This document shows, one piece after another, positions 27,217 to 40,225 of a stretch of DNA of 64,000 bases (the first letter of the stretch is position 1; every line of letters starts with the position of its first letter). The position numbers and the translations under genes are program-made. Below the pieces are notes generated by a model that saw only the letters and a program-made list of their open reading frames with translations, did no database searches and was not told the origin of the DNA. Source of the stretch: Amoeboaphelidium protococcarum X5 (lineage: Eukaryota > Fungi > Aphelidiomycota); NCBI GenBank assembly GCA_023515725.1, contig JALDTO010000246.1:62001-126000 (forward strand), in the 5' to 3' direction.

Positions 27217-30200
27217 ATGGAGTAATTATCTTAATAAAATGTGGATCATTTGTACTTGGACATATCAGAGACGCTGGAACAGCTACGATTGCTCACCTCC
27301 TCTGGTAATTAGCCGTCTGCCTAAGTACAGTCAGGTCCTGTGATTACTCAGATTGTTTAATAATTTCTTTCGTCTGTGGATAATATCTTGCGCCTCTCTG
27401 ATATCATTAGGAAGCATTCATCCTCCACTTCGCATAAGTTGTCATTATCGTAATACTCTAAATAAGCTCATCAGATGGCTCAACACGTCAGTGATTCTGT
27501 ACAATTATGGTAGTCTGGAATTGGCAAAGATAAACTGCACATGCTCCAATAGTCTTATTTGTAGATGGAAGAAAGCCTGTTTCATCTGTATCAGAATTTG
27601 ATAAAAGCTCTAGATCAGTAATAATAACAGCTTGTTAGCCATTAGTAGTCGCCCATTCGTAGAGGCAGTAAGCCGCCTCATCATCTGGATAATACTGGAC
27701 TTAATAATTCAGATTGTGTATCTGACTATGTATATCAGGATTATTTTAATCAAGACTTGGACTAGCAATAAGAGTAAGCGTAATAAATTAAACAGTCTGA
27801 GCAGAGGGTGAAAATGAGGGACCATATCAGAGGCAAAAGGTTGCCGGATGAATATCATCACTCACCACCACAAAAATCTTTACCTGATGTTCCGTTATTG
27901 TCTCCTAATGTACGATATCCTCGTGCCTCTGTCTAGTCTCCTGGGCTTCGGTAACAGCCTCATATTGCTCCACAGTCGCAGCGTAAAATCTCTGAGCCTC
28001 TTCCACTTAGTGCTGCTGAACTTCATGAGATCAATCAGTAAAAGAGAAAATAGTCTCAGCCGCTTCCGTCTCAGATTTCGGCTAGTTGGCCAAAGTAGAG
28101 GTTATCTCCTTACCTTGACGCCTAGAATCGTCATGGACCAGAAGATGAATAAGACGTTCAAGAGTAAGTCTACGATTTATGCTAATCTTTGGAATAAACT
28201 GCGCATGTGACTTTGCATGTTCGTAATTTGCTTCTCTAAGGCAATAGTAGTGCTCTGAACTGGTAGGATTTGAACGCTTAACTGAAGTACTTGGCCGAGG
28301 TTGGAGAATATGATGCTGTTGCATGTAAATAGATTTCTGCGAGGATTTCTGAACTAGTAAGTGAACTAGCTGCGTCCAAATAAAAGTTGCGCGACCATTA
28401 GCAGCAGCTTCAAAGTCAGGAGAATTCCATCACTTCTTTTAAACAGTAATTGGAAAGCTTAGACCGTGAGAATGCGTTTTAGAAATAGTGTCTGTAGGAT
28501 GTGATAAGCGAAAATGCTGCTCTTAAAGCTGAAGCGAATTACCTGTCTCCAGAGATGAAATTCAAGTCTAGAAATGGATCACTTGATGATAATCAAAGTG
28601 AGAATGCTGGCTCGCATTTGACTGTGAATCAACCAGAATAGCCAATTGTTGCCGCTTTGAGGATAGCAGGTGATGATAATAAAGTGAAACGGCTATCTAG
28701 ATTGCTTGTCTCTAAATCTCTTCCAGCATCTCCAGTTGGTAAAGATGTGGATGAATATGAGCAGTCACGTCCTAATAGTGAGTAAGAAGAGTTTAGTTAT
28801 ACTGATGTCTTTGCGGACCATTATGGTGAGGCCACGGTTAATGTTCCTGAGTAATAAGACGCCAAGAAGGTTAAAGTCATCCTGCAGCAAGTGGATAGTT
28901 TAATTAAGCATCGTTATGGAAAGAATGCAAATATATAAGTTCAAGTTTCAAGCACAGCTCACTCTGTTCCTCGGTACGATCTGGTGCAAGACATTGAATT
29001 AAGATAGAACATGGCTGCCACTTAGGTTTAGAAACATATGCGTGGGTACATGTGTAGAAAGGAGTATAGGAAGCTGAATCACAGGCGTATGATTATAAAA
29101 GAGCTTTTGGAAACAGAGCTGACTTATGTCCGCGGCTTGCTGTCACTTTATGAGCACTTTGTAATTCCTCTCCGTATTCGAGCAAGTCAAGGGCGGCCTC
29201 TAGTATCTCATGAATAGCTCAACACTATTTTCTATTAAATCAAGGAGATTATGCTGTGTAATGCGTAGTTCTTGCTGAAATTCTGCAAAAGGATTACTCC
29301 TTGGAATAATTGGAAATGTGTTGGTGATCTTTTTTGCTAGTTTGCCGGTGAGTGCGGATTGTATACGCATTTTGTTAATAATTACAGCAAAGCTCTGCTT
29401 CTGTACAAGTAATAGTCTCAGTCTCCGTAGTTTATGCAGTTCTTGCAGGATATTAAAAGTAAACAAGGTAGATTGGCCTTGAGCTTTACTGATCTGTTCA
29501 TCACTCCCATTTAAAGGATACCGCGATATGTGCTTCTACTTAAAGAATTGGCCAAGAAGACTGCAGATGATCATAGAGATGCTCTGATGCTCCAAGAGGC
29601 CATTCAGATGCTTTAGACCACGGCTAAAATCATTAATGACCGAAAGCGAGATAATGAGAAGGCCGTTAAAGTGGCCAATGTGGACTCTAAGCTAAGTAAT
29701 GCTCCTGCTGGTATTGTAATGCCAGATCGACGTCTTATTTATGAGGGAGAAATTGGAGAATTAACAGAGAATGGACGGGTCAAGAGCAGGAAAGTCTTCT
29801 TATTCAATGATATGGTTATGTGCACTGCTCCGTAAAGAAACCGCTTTAAATCTGGCGACAAGATCTATTATGACTTTAAATGGTCTATGAAGCTGGTGGA
29901 TATGCAGTGTGGTCCGATGGAGAGAATTCATGACAGCCGGCTCAGTGCTGGGATGACTCAATACTAGTTGGAGAATGCAATTGGCCTACTGGCTGACACT
30001 AGAAAGATATTGATTGCTGCGTCAAAGGAGCACATGGAGCGATGGTTGCAATCTTTTGCAGAGGCCAAGATTGAGTCAGACCGTGTCTCAAAGCCTAAAG
30101 ATAGTTTAAAGAAGTCCAAGCCCTCCGCCTCTTCTAACGATCTCTTCATATTCAAGAAAGATCCTAACGCTGCCAATACTAATATGAAATAGTACGTATC

Positions 30201-30618
30201 TCTCTCTAACGCTGTAAAGTTGGTGGATTCGCGTATTAATGAGCTTGAGAAGGAATTATCTGTAGAAGCCAAGGTGTTGCAAGGATTATCTCGCTTGGAA
30301 GGAGTTTTGAAGCCAAAATAATCGAGAACTGTAAATGGAACTCCAACATCGTATCTACCATCCCAAGTGACTGAACAAAATCTGTAGTACTCTCATAGTT
30401 TCAATTCGAAGAGTAGTGTATCAGATCATAAATCTGCCTGTAAAGACGCGATCTAACGACTGGAAGAGTAGCTGAAATTGTGTCAGTCACTGTCAAGTCG
30501 TTTCGCTGAGTATATCAAGGCTGATAAATAGGTCCTAATACGCAAGTAAGACATTTCCGAAGTTATGCACAGCAGTGGCTCACCCAACAAGTTTGTTCTC
30601 TACTTTATCACTAGTTGA
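27217..30618 (+). CDS. Rho guanine nucleotide exchange factor (low-complexity N-term, coiled coil, IQ, DH-PH), 1133 aa
   Basis: IQ-like VQKHMRGYMCRKEY; DH domain IIKELLETELTYVRGL...LFITPIQRIPRYVLLLKELAKKT; PH domain RRLIYEG...RKVFLFNDMVM. Confidence 0.88.
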
Positions 30619-30724
30619 ATTGCCAGTGATAGATTCTGTAAATTATCAAGTGAAGGGAAAGTGTGTACAATAAGACAATGATAGTATTTGTATATCGAAA
30701 AGAGCGATGTTGAATTCATTATAA

Positions 30725-31393
30725 TCACTTCTTCTTGGCAGCTTCCTCTTCCTCTTTAGCTTTGGCGCGCTTCTCACGGACACCAACAAGCTTGGCATCA
30801 CTCTGAGCCTTACGCAGCTTAGCATACACGCTCTCTTCTGACTTAAAATCAGCAACATTACCGTACTCTACAACAGCACCTCTGATTGATATAGCCTTTG
30901 CGTGAACATCAGCATTAACTCTCTTCACCAGCTTGTCAGCAGCAGGAACATCGACAGCCATAGGGGAGCCACGCTTGCTGTTCTTGCTGCGCTTCTTTGG
31001 CAAGAGAACAACCTTGGCCTTGTAAGCCTTCAATCTATCAACATTCACAGCGAATCCCTCCACGCTTCTACCCGAGCTTCGTCTGCGGTGATCGACAGCG
31101 ACACCGTAAGTATTTCTAGCCTCCAGAGCGTTCTTGAATCCGGCAGCCTTAATCTCGTCCAGAGAAAATCCACGTCCCTTACGAACTTTCATGTTGTATC
31201 TGACGGTTGGGCAGCGAACGATTGGGCGGAGCAGACCATCGACTGGGCGAGGTGCAATGGCAGAAGCCTTCTCAGCACGAGCCTGACGACGGCGAATCTT
31301 TCTAGCAGGCTGATTAAACCAAGTCTTGACGCGTCTTTACCAATCCTTGCGGAAATGGTTGTTTGGCAACATATTATTGTGAGCGAAACCCAT
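30725..31393 (-). CDS. RPL13: 60S ribosomal protein eL13
   Basis: [24 protein letters not shown]...RPIVRCPTVRYNMKVRKGRGFSLDEIKAAG. Confidence 0.97.
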
Positions 31394-31998
31394 GATTAAA
31401 TACTGATCCTCTTTTTATAATTATTTATTTTTTATTTAGAGTGGGAGTAGCACCTGGAAAATAATGCGAGAATTATTAGAGGAGTTTCGCTTTGAAAAGA
31501 ATAATCGCCAAAATGGACTGATCTCGGTTTCGGTTGAAAATTTGAAATCGCGTCGCTTAGACTGTCAACCAGTGTAACTAACACGTAAATTGCCATCATC
31601 ATACACCAATATGTTTCGATTATGGTATATAGTAAATGGGTGATGTAGAGTACGCAATTGTATTAGTCTGAGATGTTTTGATGCGGCTCTTCATGCGTAT
31701 TTACACCTTGACATAGCGTAGTCGAACCATCAGAGAATGCAATCTTTTACCTTTTGCTCTATGTCAAACATTTTCATTGAGCTCGAATGCATGTTCGATT
31801 TGAAGCTCAAGTTGTCTATAAACGGAATAGAATATTGATCAAATTTCAGCTCATAATTTTTTTTGTTTTGAATTCGATACTGATGTTGATTCCCAGTTGT
31901 TCATTCAATTGCAGCTTGAAATTCTTTCCTTGAAAGATCAGCGCTCTGTCTATTCCTTTCTATTTTCTTTTATCGTCCAAAGTATATTCACTAAAACT

Positions 31999-32329
31999 AT
32001 GAGCACATAGAGCGTAGATTATACATTTTAGGGGACGCCAAGTTAGACTAATCCATTGTATGGACTGAATCCTATTCATGGCAAATGTTTGGGCTTTTTC
32101 ACAGAATATTAAAAGTGCTACATCTAGGCAGACATCCCCGAGAAGGAGTGCCGTCTGTGGCAAGAGGATTACGCTGAATGTAAAATGCGAGTCAAAGAGG
32201 TAATTTTCATATTACATGTGTATAATTTATTTGTTTTAATTTTGTATTATCGTATGGTAGAAGTCAAGAATTAAAGCTATAGCTATGGAACGAGAGAAAT
32301 AGTTGAAATTGTAGAAATAAAGCTCTTGA
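31999..32329 (+). CDS. Complex I 15-kDa twin-CX9C subunit (NDUFS5-like); intron 32200-32260
   Basis: GKCLGFFTEYQKCYIQADIPEKECRLWQEDYAECKMRVKEKSRIKAI. Confidence 0.75.
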
Positions 32330-32469
32330 ATGTATCAGCGTTTGTCTTATGTTGATTTCCCTGTGTTGATATCTCTTCATCGCTCTTTATAGTTTTTACT
32401 ACATTATCATCAAATTTATTTCACTCATATATAGTTATAAAGTTAATATTTTATAAAGTCAACAATTAC

Positions 32470-34356
32470 ATGTAATAATAGATGGCTTTAAATACTACGA
32501 GAAGATACACCACTAAAGTTTTGAACAAGTATTCACGCGTTATCACTTAGCCTAGGAGTCAAGGTGCTTCGTAGGCCATGCTTCATGCAACAGGATTAAC
32601 TGATTAGGGACTGAATCGAGCATAGGTGGCAATCGCTAGTCAATGGTTTGAAGGGAATCCTTGTAATATGCATTTGAATGATCTTGCTGGTGTAATCAAG
32701 TAGAGTATTTTGGATTACAATCATTAATCAGATGAGGATAAGGATCGGTTGCACGCGATTAGATTCACGACTGTATCAACTTCTGATGGAATATCCATGT
32801 CAACTTCTGGTATGCTTAACTCGCTCCCATCTAGAGAGATCATTGCGGATAGTATCGAGTGTGTGATGAAGGGTATGTGGTATGATGGCCTGGTATGTGT
32901 TCCCGGATGTGATAAGAACATGCCTGGAGCATTGATCGGCATGCTCAGAGTTAATCGCCCATCTATGGTCGTCTATGGTGGCACTATACGTAAGGGATGC
33001 ATGTCGGCTGGTGATGACAATGGCTCGTCATAAGATTTGGATGTTGTTAGTGCATTCCAGTCATATGGGGAATACATGAGCGGTAAGATTGACGATAATC
33101 AACGACGAGCTATTGTGAGAAATGCATGTCCAGGTGCCGGTTCTTGTGGCGGTATGTACACGGCCAACACGATGGCATCTGCGATCGAAGCCCTTGGATT
33201 AGCACTACCTTATTCTGCTAGTTCTCCTGCAACGTCAAGTGAGAAGATGGATGAGTGTCGACGCGTTGGTGAGACAATGTACAATCTATTGGCGACGGAC
33301 CTCAAGCCACGAGATATAGTGACAAAGCAGAGTTTACAGAATGCCATAAGATTGGTGATTGCTCTTGGTGGATCGACGAATGCTGTGCTTCATCTGTTGG
33401 CAGTTGCTAAAGCTGCACACGTTCATGATCTCAAGTTGGACAACTTCTAGCGCCTAAGTGATAAGACACCTTTCATAGCCGACTTGAAGCCTAGCGGTAA
33501 GTATATGATGGAAGATCTTCACGGGGATGGTGGTATACCTGCAGTTATGAAATACTTGCTGGATGAGTAAATGCTTGATGGCAATTGTATGACCATCACT
33601 GGCAAGACTTTGGCAGAGAATTTGTCTTCTGTTCGCGCGCTACCAACTCCAACGTCTAATACAATTATTCGTCCTATAAGTGAGCCAATTAAGAGCACTG
33701 GTCACATTTGTATTCTCAAGGGAAACTTGGCTCCTCTTGGATCTGTTGCAAAGATAACTGGTAAAGAAGGGACTGTATTCACTGGTAAAGCTAAATGTTT
33801 CAACTCTGAAAAGGCCATGTTACTCGCGTTGTAGAGATCTCATGTTGCTAATTAACTTCGCGGTAACATAAACGTTTCAACCGAGGGTGATGAAGTACCA
33901 GAACCTATTGGTGATTTCAACAAGGTCGATGAAAATGACAATTCTTTAATCGAGAAAGGAGATGTGATTATAATTCGGTATGTTGGGCCGAGAGGAGGTC
34001 CTGGCATGCCAGAGATGTTGTCACCAACTAGCGCTATTATGGGTGCGGGCCTTGGTAAAGACGTTGCACTGCTTACAGACGCGAGATTTAGTGGTGGCTC
34101 ACATGGCTTCATTGTTGGACACGTTACACCTGAAGCATTCGTTGGCGGACCGATCGCTCTTGTCCAGAACGGTGACACTGTGACGATTGATGCTGAGAAG
34201 AGAGAGATTAACGTGCACATTGATTCTGAGGAGCTCCGTAAAAGAAAAGAGAAGTGGCAACCACGTCCGCCGAATTACTTTGCATAAGAAGGCCTATTGC
34301 GTAAATATTCCAAATTGGTCAGTGATGCTAGCAGCGGGTGCGTGACTGATTAGTGA
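32470..34356 (+). CDS. ILV3: Dihydroxy-acid dehydratase, mitochondrial
   Basis: [95 protein letters not shown]. Confidence 0.97.
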
Positions 34357-34479
34357 GCACTTTGTTGCAACACTTATTCATAAATTGATTTGAAGATTTA
34401 AGTTGACAATGCTTCTACTGTATGCGAATATCGACAATTTTTCCTTTAATATTTATTTGTAAAAGACTTGCGCTGGTTC

Positions 34480-35276
34480 ACTTCCAAATGTCGGAAATAA
34501 GTTCAGAAATGTTCGATCCGTGCAATACTCTATTCAAAGAGCGGAGAAGAGATCTTACACTGGACGTTTGCCAACTATCCAATGATCTTGGACCATCTTT
34601 GCGTAAATTGTCAGATGAAGGGAATATTAAAATACACTACAGAGGGTCAATCAATTAGCCGTAAATTCATCATTAATTAAAGATAAATATCAGAACCGAT
34701 TCCTACTATCACGACAGCCTTCAGCTTTAAATCCTACTTGCCAACAGATGGTGTCTTCCTACCACCATTTGTTATACTAATTGACCGTTACTGCTTCAGA
34801 ATCTTCTGCTCGTCTTCACCTGCAATAAGAGCAGAATCTATGTACATGCATAGTCCGGCATATTTGGCGCGTAGTAAATGTTTGAAAGCTTTAGGGTATT
34901 GCTATTTCAGCCACTTTCCATACTAAACTTCAATCCCCATCTCGATTTGGTAAAATTCAGAACGAATAAATGATGATATAATGGGGGAAAAGCTGGTAAA
35001 GATCAAAATAGTGGCGATAGAGAATATTAACATACTTATTACAACGACACTTTTTCCAAAAATGTGGTGAGCCTTCATGTCTATGTAGTATAGAAAAGAC
35101 ATAGAGTAGAGCCACTCGTATGAGTTACATGAAACGAAAGCAAAGACGTATAAAATTTACAGAACAGTAATTAGGATTGTTCTCTCTGAGCGCATAAAAT
35201 AGATATTATCGCAAGAAGAAAAAGCTTGAAACTACTTGCGCTGATCTATGAGAAAAGTAGATAGAGCAGGGACCAT
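34480..35276 (-). pseudogene. Possible disrupted hydrophobic membrane-protein fragment abutting the retroelement
   Basis: Hydrophobic stretches (ILITVLQILYVFAFVSC; SVVVISMLIFSIATILIFTSFSPII) followed by frame changes; no recognisable family. Confidence 0.3.
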
Positions 35277-35344
35277 AATAATAAATTTCTCTTTTGAACT
35301 TCACTTTGTGGCTACTTTAGATATACAATCCTCACGGTACACCG

Positions 35345-37250
35345 TTTGAATTTGAACTCAAAGTCTAGGCCCGGTCGGCCCGTTTCAGCGACGAGCGCGC
35401 GCTATTAATTCCCAATTGGGACTACCACTCACACTCACGAAGCATGCTCCAACTCAACACTCATTCTGGAGTACCATTGATATTAGTAGCAATCGAGAGA
35501 TCGTTCTCTGATAAGGTAGATGAGCTTATTCCCAAAGTAATCGATCAAGAACTGACCAAGTTGCCATTTGGTGGTGGCCGTTTCACTCAAGCCCCGTTTC
35601 AGATCTGAAACCATCGCACCATATCCCACAATCAAACAATCCCACTCTCACTCTCTTCTTCACTTTTATTATCACTCTTCATCCAAGAACATTTTCCCAT
35701 GGTTGATATCTCGCTGTGCATCCTATCTGCGATACTTATGCTACTCGATGGAGGTCTCGGTATCCTTTGCTCATCGCTCGCTGGTGGTTCTGCTGTCTCT
35801 CGGCCTCTGTATGTGAAACGATCCGCTTACTGTCCTGCTCTGGTTGGTCTCAGTCTGCTACTGCCTTAAAGTTTGGTACACATCCATCTGTATGGTTTCT
35901 GTGCATTGCTTGGGTAAGTCCCTCTATATACTGCGATTCTCTCAAGTTTGGTTTGGTTTGGTGTGATGCATACTGTGTCTTGGTGGTGGCTCTCTCGCTC
36001 TCTGCCGCCTCAAAGCTTCCCTCAATCTCTCTTCTCTCTCAAGGCTTACTTTGATTCCTTTTTACTCTCATGCTGCTACTCGATGACATCTGGTTACAAG
36101 GCTTTTATACAAGGTTGGTAGCTCTCTGATGTTTTCCAATACTGCTGTTCCTCTTGTTGCTGGACTATTGTTGCTGGAGTACAAGGCTTCTAATCATTGG
36201 TCTCTTTTATCCGGTAAACTTATTTATACAGACTTGTACTGTTTTGTTTTATTCATTACTACTGTATTTGTGTAGGTTGCCGCTACGATGTCAGTTTAGA
36301 AGAAGTTTTCAAGATTGTAACAGAAGCCTCTCAGTTTATTCAGGCTCTGCGTGTAGTGTCACTCGTTCGGTGTTTCACTCAGGTCTAATGTTGCATGAAT
36401 CGCTTACTAGTATGCTAAAAACTACTTAGTCGGTTTATGGTGGTATGAGTCCGCAAGCTGAAGGCCGATTCAGTATAGTGTCCTCATATGAGCTTTTGAC
36501 TCTATCTCTAATTACCAGGGGACTTCACAAGGCGGTTGATTACAATGACTACGAAGAAATGCTGTAACTCCAAAAGGTTACTTGTAGCTCCAGCTTAACT
36601 GCAGCTTCATTGTTGCTTGAACTGACGCCAAGATCTGTGCTTAATAATGTCTCAATTTACCGTGATTAATGTGCCGCTGCTCCTTCATGTCGTCTGGATT
36701 ATCTGCTTTTGCTTCTGCTGCGCCATGTTCTTGCTAAGTGTTTGTGTGTTGGATCTCTGTCTCGAAGTCATATGGTTTATCTACCCTTTGACATTAATTT
36801 TAATTGATGCTGGAAAGGCTTTGTTTATTGGGCCATTGCTTCTCAATGTCGAATGTATGTGCTACACTCTCTCATCGTTCATAGACCGGGTGCACTGTCT
36901 GGTAGTTGCTCTATTAGCTGCCTCTCAAGTGACTCTTAACTGGGTCATTCTGAATTGGTATATACATAGCTCATATTTGCCTGACATCAATAAAGACTTG
37001 GTCTCGTGAGATAAGAAGTGGAGGCCAAGTCAAGGCTACATAAAAGAGTCTTATTATAAAATTGAATTAGTCGTTTTTTTAAAGGTCTGCTGGACTGTAA
37101 AAAGGACATAGTCCATGGTCTGCACTAATCGATGCCTTAATCCTCTCACTAAGAGAGTCAATGGTAAAGAATATCTATGAAAGATCTCTGAATAATGATG
37201 GCAGTAGAAAGTCTAAAATTTATCAGTTCACCCTAAATACTAATGGGTTT
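35345..37250 (+). mobile_element. Decayed CRE-like (RLE-clade) non-LTR retrotransposon, post-RT portion
   Basis: First ~900 bp duplicated at window 1-905. Remnant motifs in order: GGLGI (thumb), then SSLTAASLLLELTP...SCRLD...KCLCVG...SH (resembling the 'AWL..P...RLG...C.CG...H' zinc-knuckle region of CRE elements). Many frame breaks; 3' end uncertain. Confidence 0.55.
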
Positions 37251-38000
37251 AAAGTTATCACCACATGGAGTCCTCTGCTCCGTGAAATAAAAAGGTCGTC
37301 TAACACCATTTGCTTCTCGATAGCTGGTTGAAATTTTCTCATACTGGTAGTCTCCGTCCTCTGGTTTATGTGCTGGTAGATGGAGCTTGTGTTGGTTCTA
37401 TAGTGCTGGTTTGTACTAAGGCAGCAGCAGAGGTCATGCTTACCTTTCTATTGAACCGCAGTTACCAGTTGGGTTGAGTTTCTTGTCTAATGGCTATGAG
37501 AAGGCTAAATGGTTATAAAAAGTTGAGCTAGCCAGCTGGGCATCCTGGCATTGCTCTAAAAAATAGAAATGGTGCCTAAAGTTAGAGAGCCTCACAGAAT
37601 AAGTCTTCCTGTGAGTTGGCTCATCCTTATTTAAAGTTGCCCTTATACTAATGGGCGTGAGAATTGATTTGATTTAGCACAGAGTTCCTCTGCTCTGTGT
37701 CGTCTGGTGGCGTCTTGACTTTTCCTATCTTCTTTGCTTGCTAGAGTGTCTCCTCCTGGAAGTCTCCTTCGGCTGGTTTATTTGCTGGTGGATGGGGCTC
37801 GTGCTGGTCCAGTAGTGCTGGTCTGTGCCATGGCGGTAGCAGAGGTTATGCTGTCATTCTATTGGATCGCTGCTTCTCAGGTTGGTGATTACTCTGGCTA
37901 TCTGGCGAAGAGGTGCTGGACGGGTTCTTGTCATATCAAAGTACTTATGGTCATAAAAGGGCCATGAGTAGCTGGGTGTTTGGCTGGTGGGCCGGTGTTG
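37220..38000. repeat. Diverged tandem duplication, ~410-bp unit
   Basis: ATACTAATGGG, CCTCTGCT, TGGTTTAT.TGCTGGT.GATGG.GCT, GCAGAGGT.ATGCT blocks recur with ~410 bp spacing. Confidence 0.7.
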
Positions 38001-38709
38001 GCCGTAAAGAAAAGCTGGTTGGTTGGTGGGTTGGGGGATGGAAGGTTGGGTCGGTGTTGGCCATAGAAGAAAGCTGAGTGGGTGGTGGCTGGTGAAGGCC
38101 GAAAATTAGATGCCCGGCAAAGTGCTGGGTTTGGAGTGGGCTGCTGGCCCGGGTGGTGTAATTAAATTGGCGCGCGGGTCTCTCTTATAGCTGAATACCG
38201 ACAAGGACTGCATAATCTAAATCTTTCTGGCCAGCTGTTGGATAAAAATCTGAATCCACTGTCTGTCGACCAAGTTATGGTGGCTGGCCAATGAAATTGC
38301 TCTGTCCTGGTGTTGCTAACTACTTGCATGCTTGATCCGCGCGCCGCCTTGGTATTGGTCAAAAAATCCACTGGCTATATAAAAATTTTAATACAAGTCA
38401 GTGCCAATACCAAGGTTATAAAAATTTGAGCTGGTGGAAGATGACAAAGACTGAGTCTAGATGGCCTTGCAGAGTTTATTTAATACCTGAGCACTTAATT
38501 GGCCTGACTCCTAGATTTGATAATTCTGTCTCTTCCTCTACCATAAGTCTCACACATTTGGATGAATGATAATACAAGGCATGCTGTATTGCTTCATCCT
38601 CGGTTCTCTCACTCGTCTTGCTTGTGTAGCTTTGCTGGTCTTATATCCCATTATCTCTCTTTGACTGGCGAGCTGCAAAAAATCTCGAAATAGTCTCTTA
38701 TCTCATTGC

Positions 38710-38957
38710 CGCTGGTGCCGTAGTTTAGATTCAAAGGCATCTTTGGCTGGTCCCTATCATCATTTGTATGTAGCGCCGCAGTCTATTCTTATTGGCGTTA
38801 CTGCAAGAGTCATCCTCTCTCTCTCTCTCGCTATTCCCCTCCTCTTCGTAGTCACTGGTGCCGTAGTTTAGATTCATAGGCATCTTTGGCGGGTCCTTGT
38901 CATTGTTTGCACGTGGCGCCGTAGTCCATTCGCATAGGCGTCACTGCAAGAGTAATA
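38710..38957. repeat. Diverged direct repeat, ~100-bp units spaced ~145 bp
   Basis: CTGGTGCCGTAGTTTAGATTCA.AGGCATCTTTGGC...CTGCAAGAGT occurs at ~38712 and ~38855. Confidence 0.8.
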
Positions 38958-40225
38958 CTGTGCTTCCGTAGTTCATATCATCTGTATTATAGTCATTCAT
39001 TCATTGGAAGCACAGTAGAGTCACATCATACTAGATAATAGATTTCTCCATTCGAAGTTTGTCAAGACGCCTGTCTGCTCTGTAGTCTACAGTTAAGAGT
39101 TGACTAGATCTCCTTGGCAAGAGTTTATATTATTATTATTACATTAAGATGCATTGCTGCTGTGATTCTTCTCACAATCGAGTTTGCCAGAAGTTCTGTG
39201 TTGGTTAGGTCTGTCTATAACTTCTCTGATGGTCCTCTCAACTACTTGGTAACACAGTCATACGAACTTTTCTCCTGTTGGCAACTCTTTCTCTCAGCTG
39301 CATCCTCATCATAAAAAAACGAAAGTGCTGCTCAGCGCTAAAGCAATGAATATAAAAAACCAGTAAATTTAATTACTACCAAATCTCTACTTCTTTACTT
39401 GAACATTCTACTGTACTTCAACGCTGCTTTAAATGTTTATGAGTGCTTTATAGACTTGATAAACTGGACCTAGTTTACTAAGCAAACGTGCGTATCAGTC
39501 TCTTGGCTTCAATTTGAGCAAGCGTTGCAGAAAGTTGATGACCATAAAAGCTCATTTGTATCAACTGGTAAGCATGGTAAAAAACAATATGCATGATTAA
39601 CGCAATAGCCCGGTTTGGTTTCACGGACTTTGTGATGGGTGTAGTCATTGAGTGAAGGAAGCGGATCACTTGACCAGCAATACGACCGAGTATGAGACAT
39701 CCATCAGCGGGAGAGCCCACATATTGAGACATTAAGGGGACCAAGAACGAGACACAGAAGATTGAACGTCAGATTGCGCGGCGACTGATGTAGAAGCAGA
39801 AGTTTTGTGTACATGAATCTTGAACTAGACTGTATTACATGCACATGTATATCAGAGAATTTACGAGGTTATACACAATGATTTCACAGAGTAAAAGTTC
39901 AAACGGACTAAGGATCTAGATAGCTTTAAACTTCTAAATGACCCTGATTCAGTCATTACGTATAGTAACGATCTGGTTAGTAATAATTTCTCGAGGACAT
40001 GTACAAGCTATGTGAATTTCATATCTACACCATGGGATTGCGATCTTTGGAAATTGGGCTGATCGCACCAAGTCAGTTTAGATCCGCAATAAGCTCTGCA
40101 GGAGATCCTCGACTCATCGCTAATCAAACGAGTAAATACTGCGCAATTAATGACGCGAAATAACGATCGCCCTTTTTAATAGCAAATAAGCCACTTCCTC
40201 AGGTGAAACTAATCTAATCAAAAGA

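Noticed and set aside
30902-31399. 165-aa plus-strand ORF
   Set aside because: Antisense shadow of RPL13.
37220-38957. CRISPR-like array or tRNA/rRNA genes
   Set aside because: Repeats are long, two-copy and diverged with no spacer structure; no cloverleaf or rRNA signature was seen anywhere in the window.
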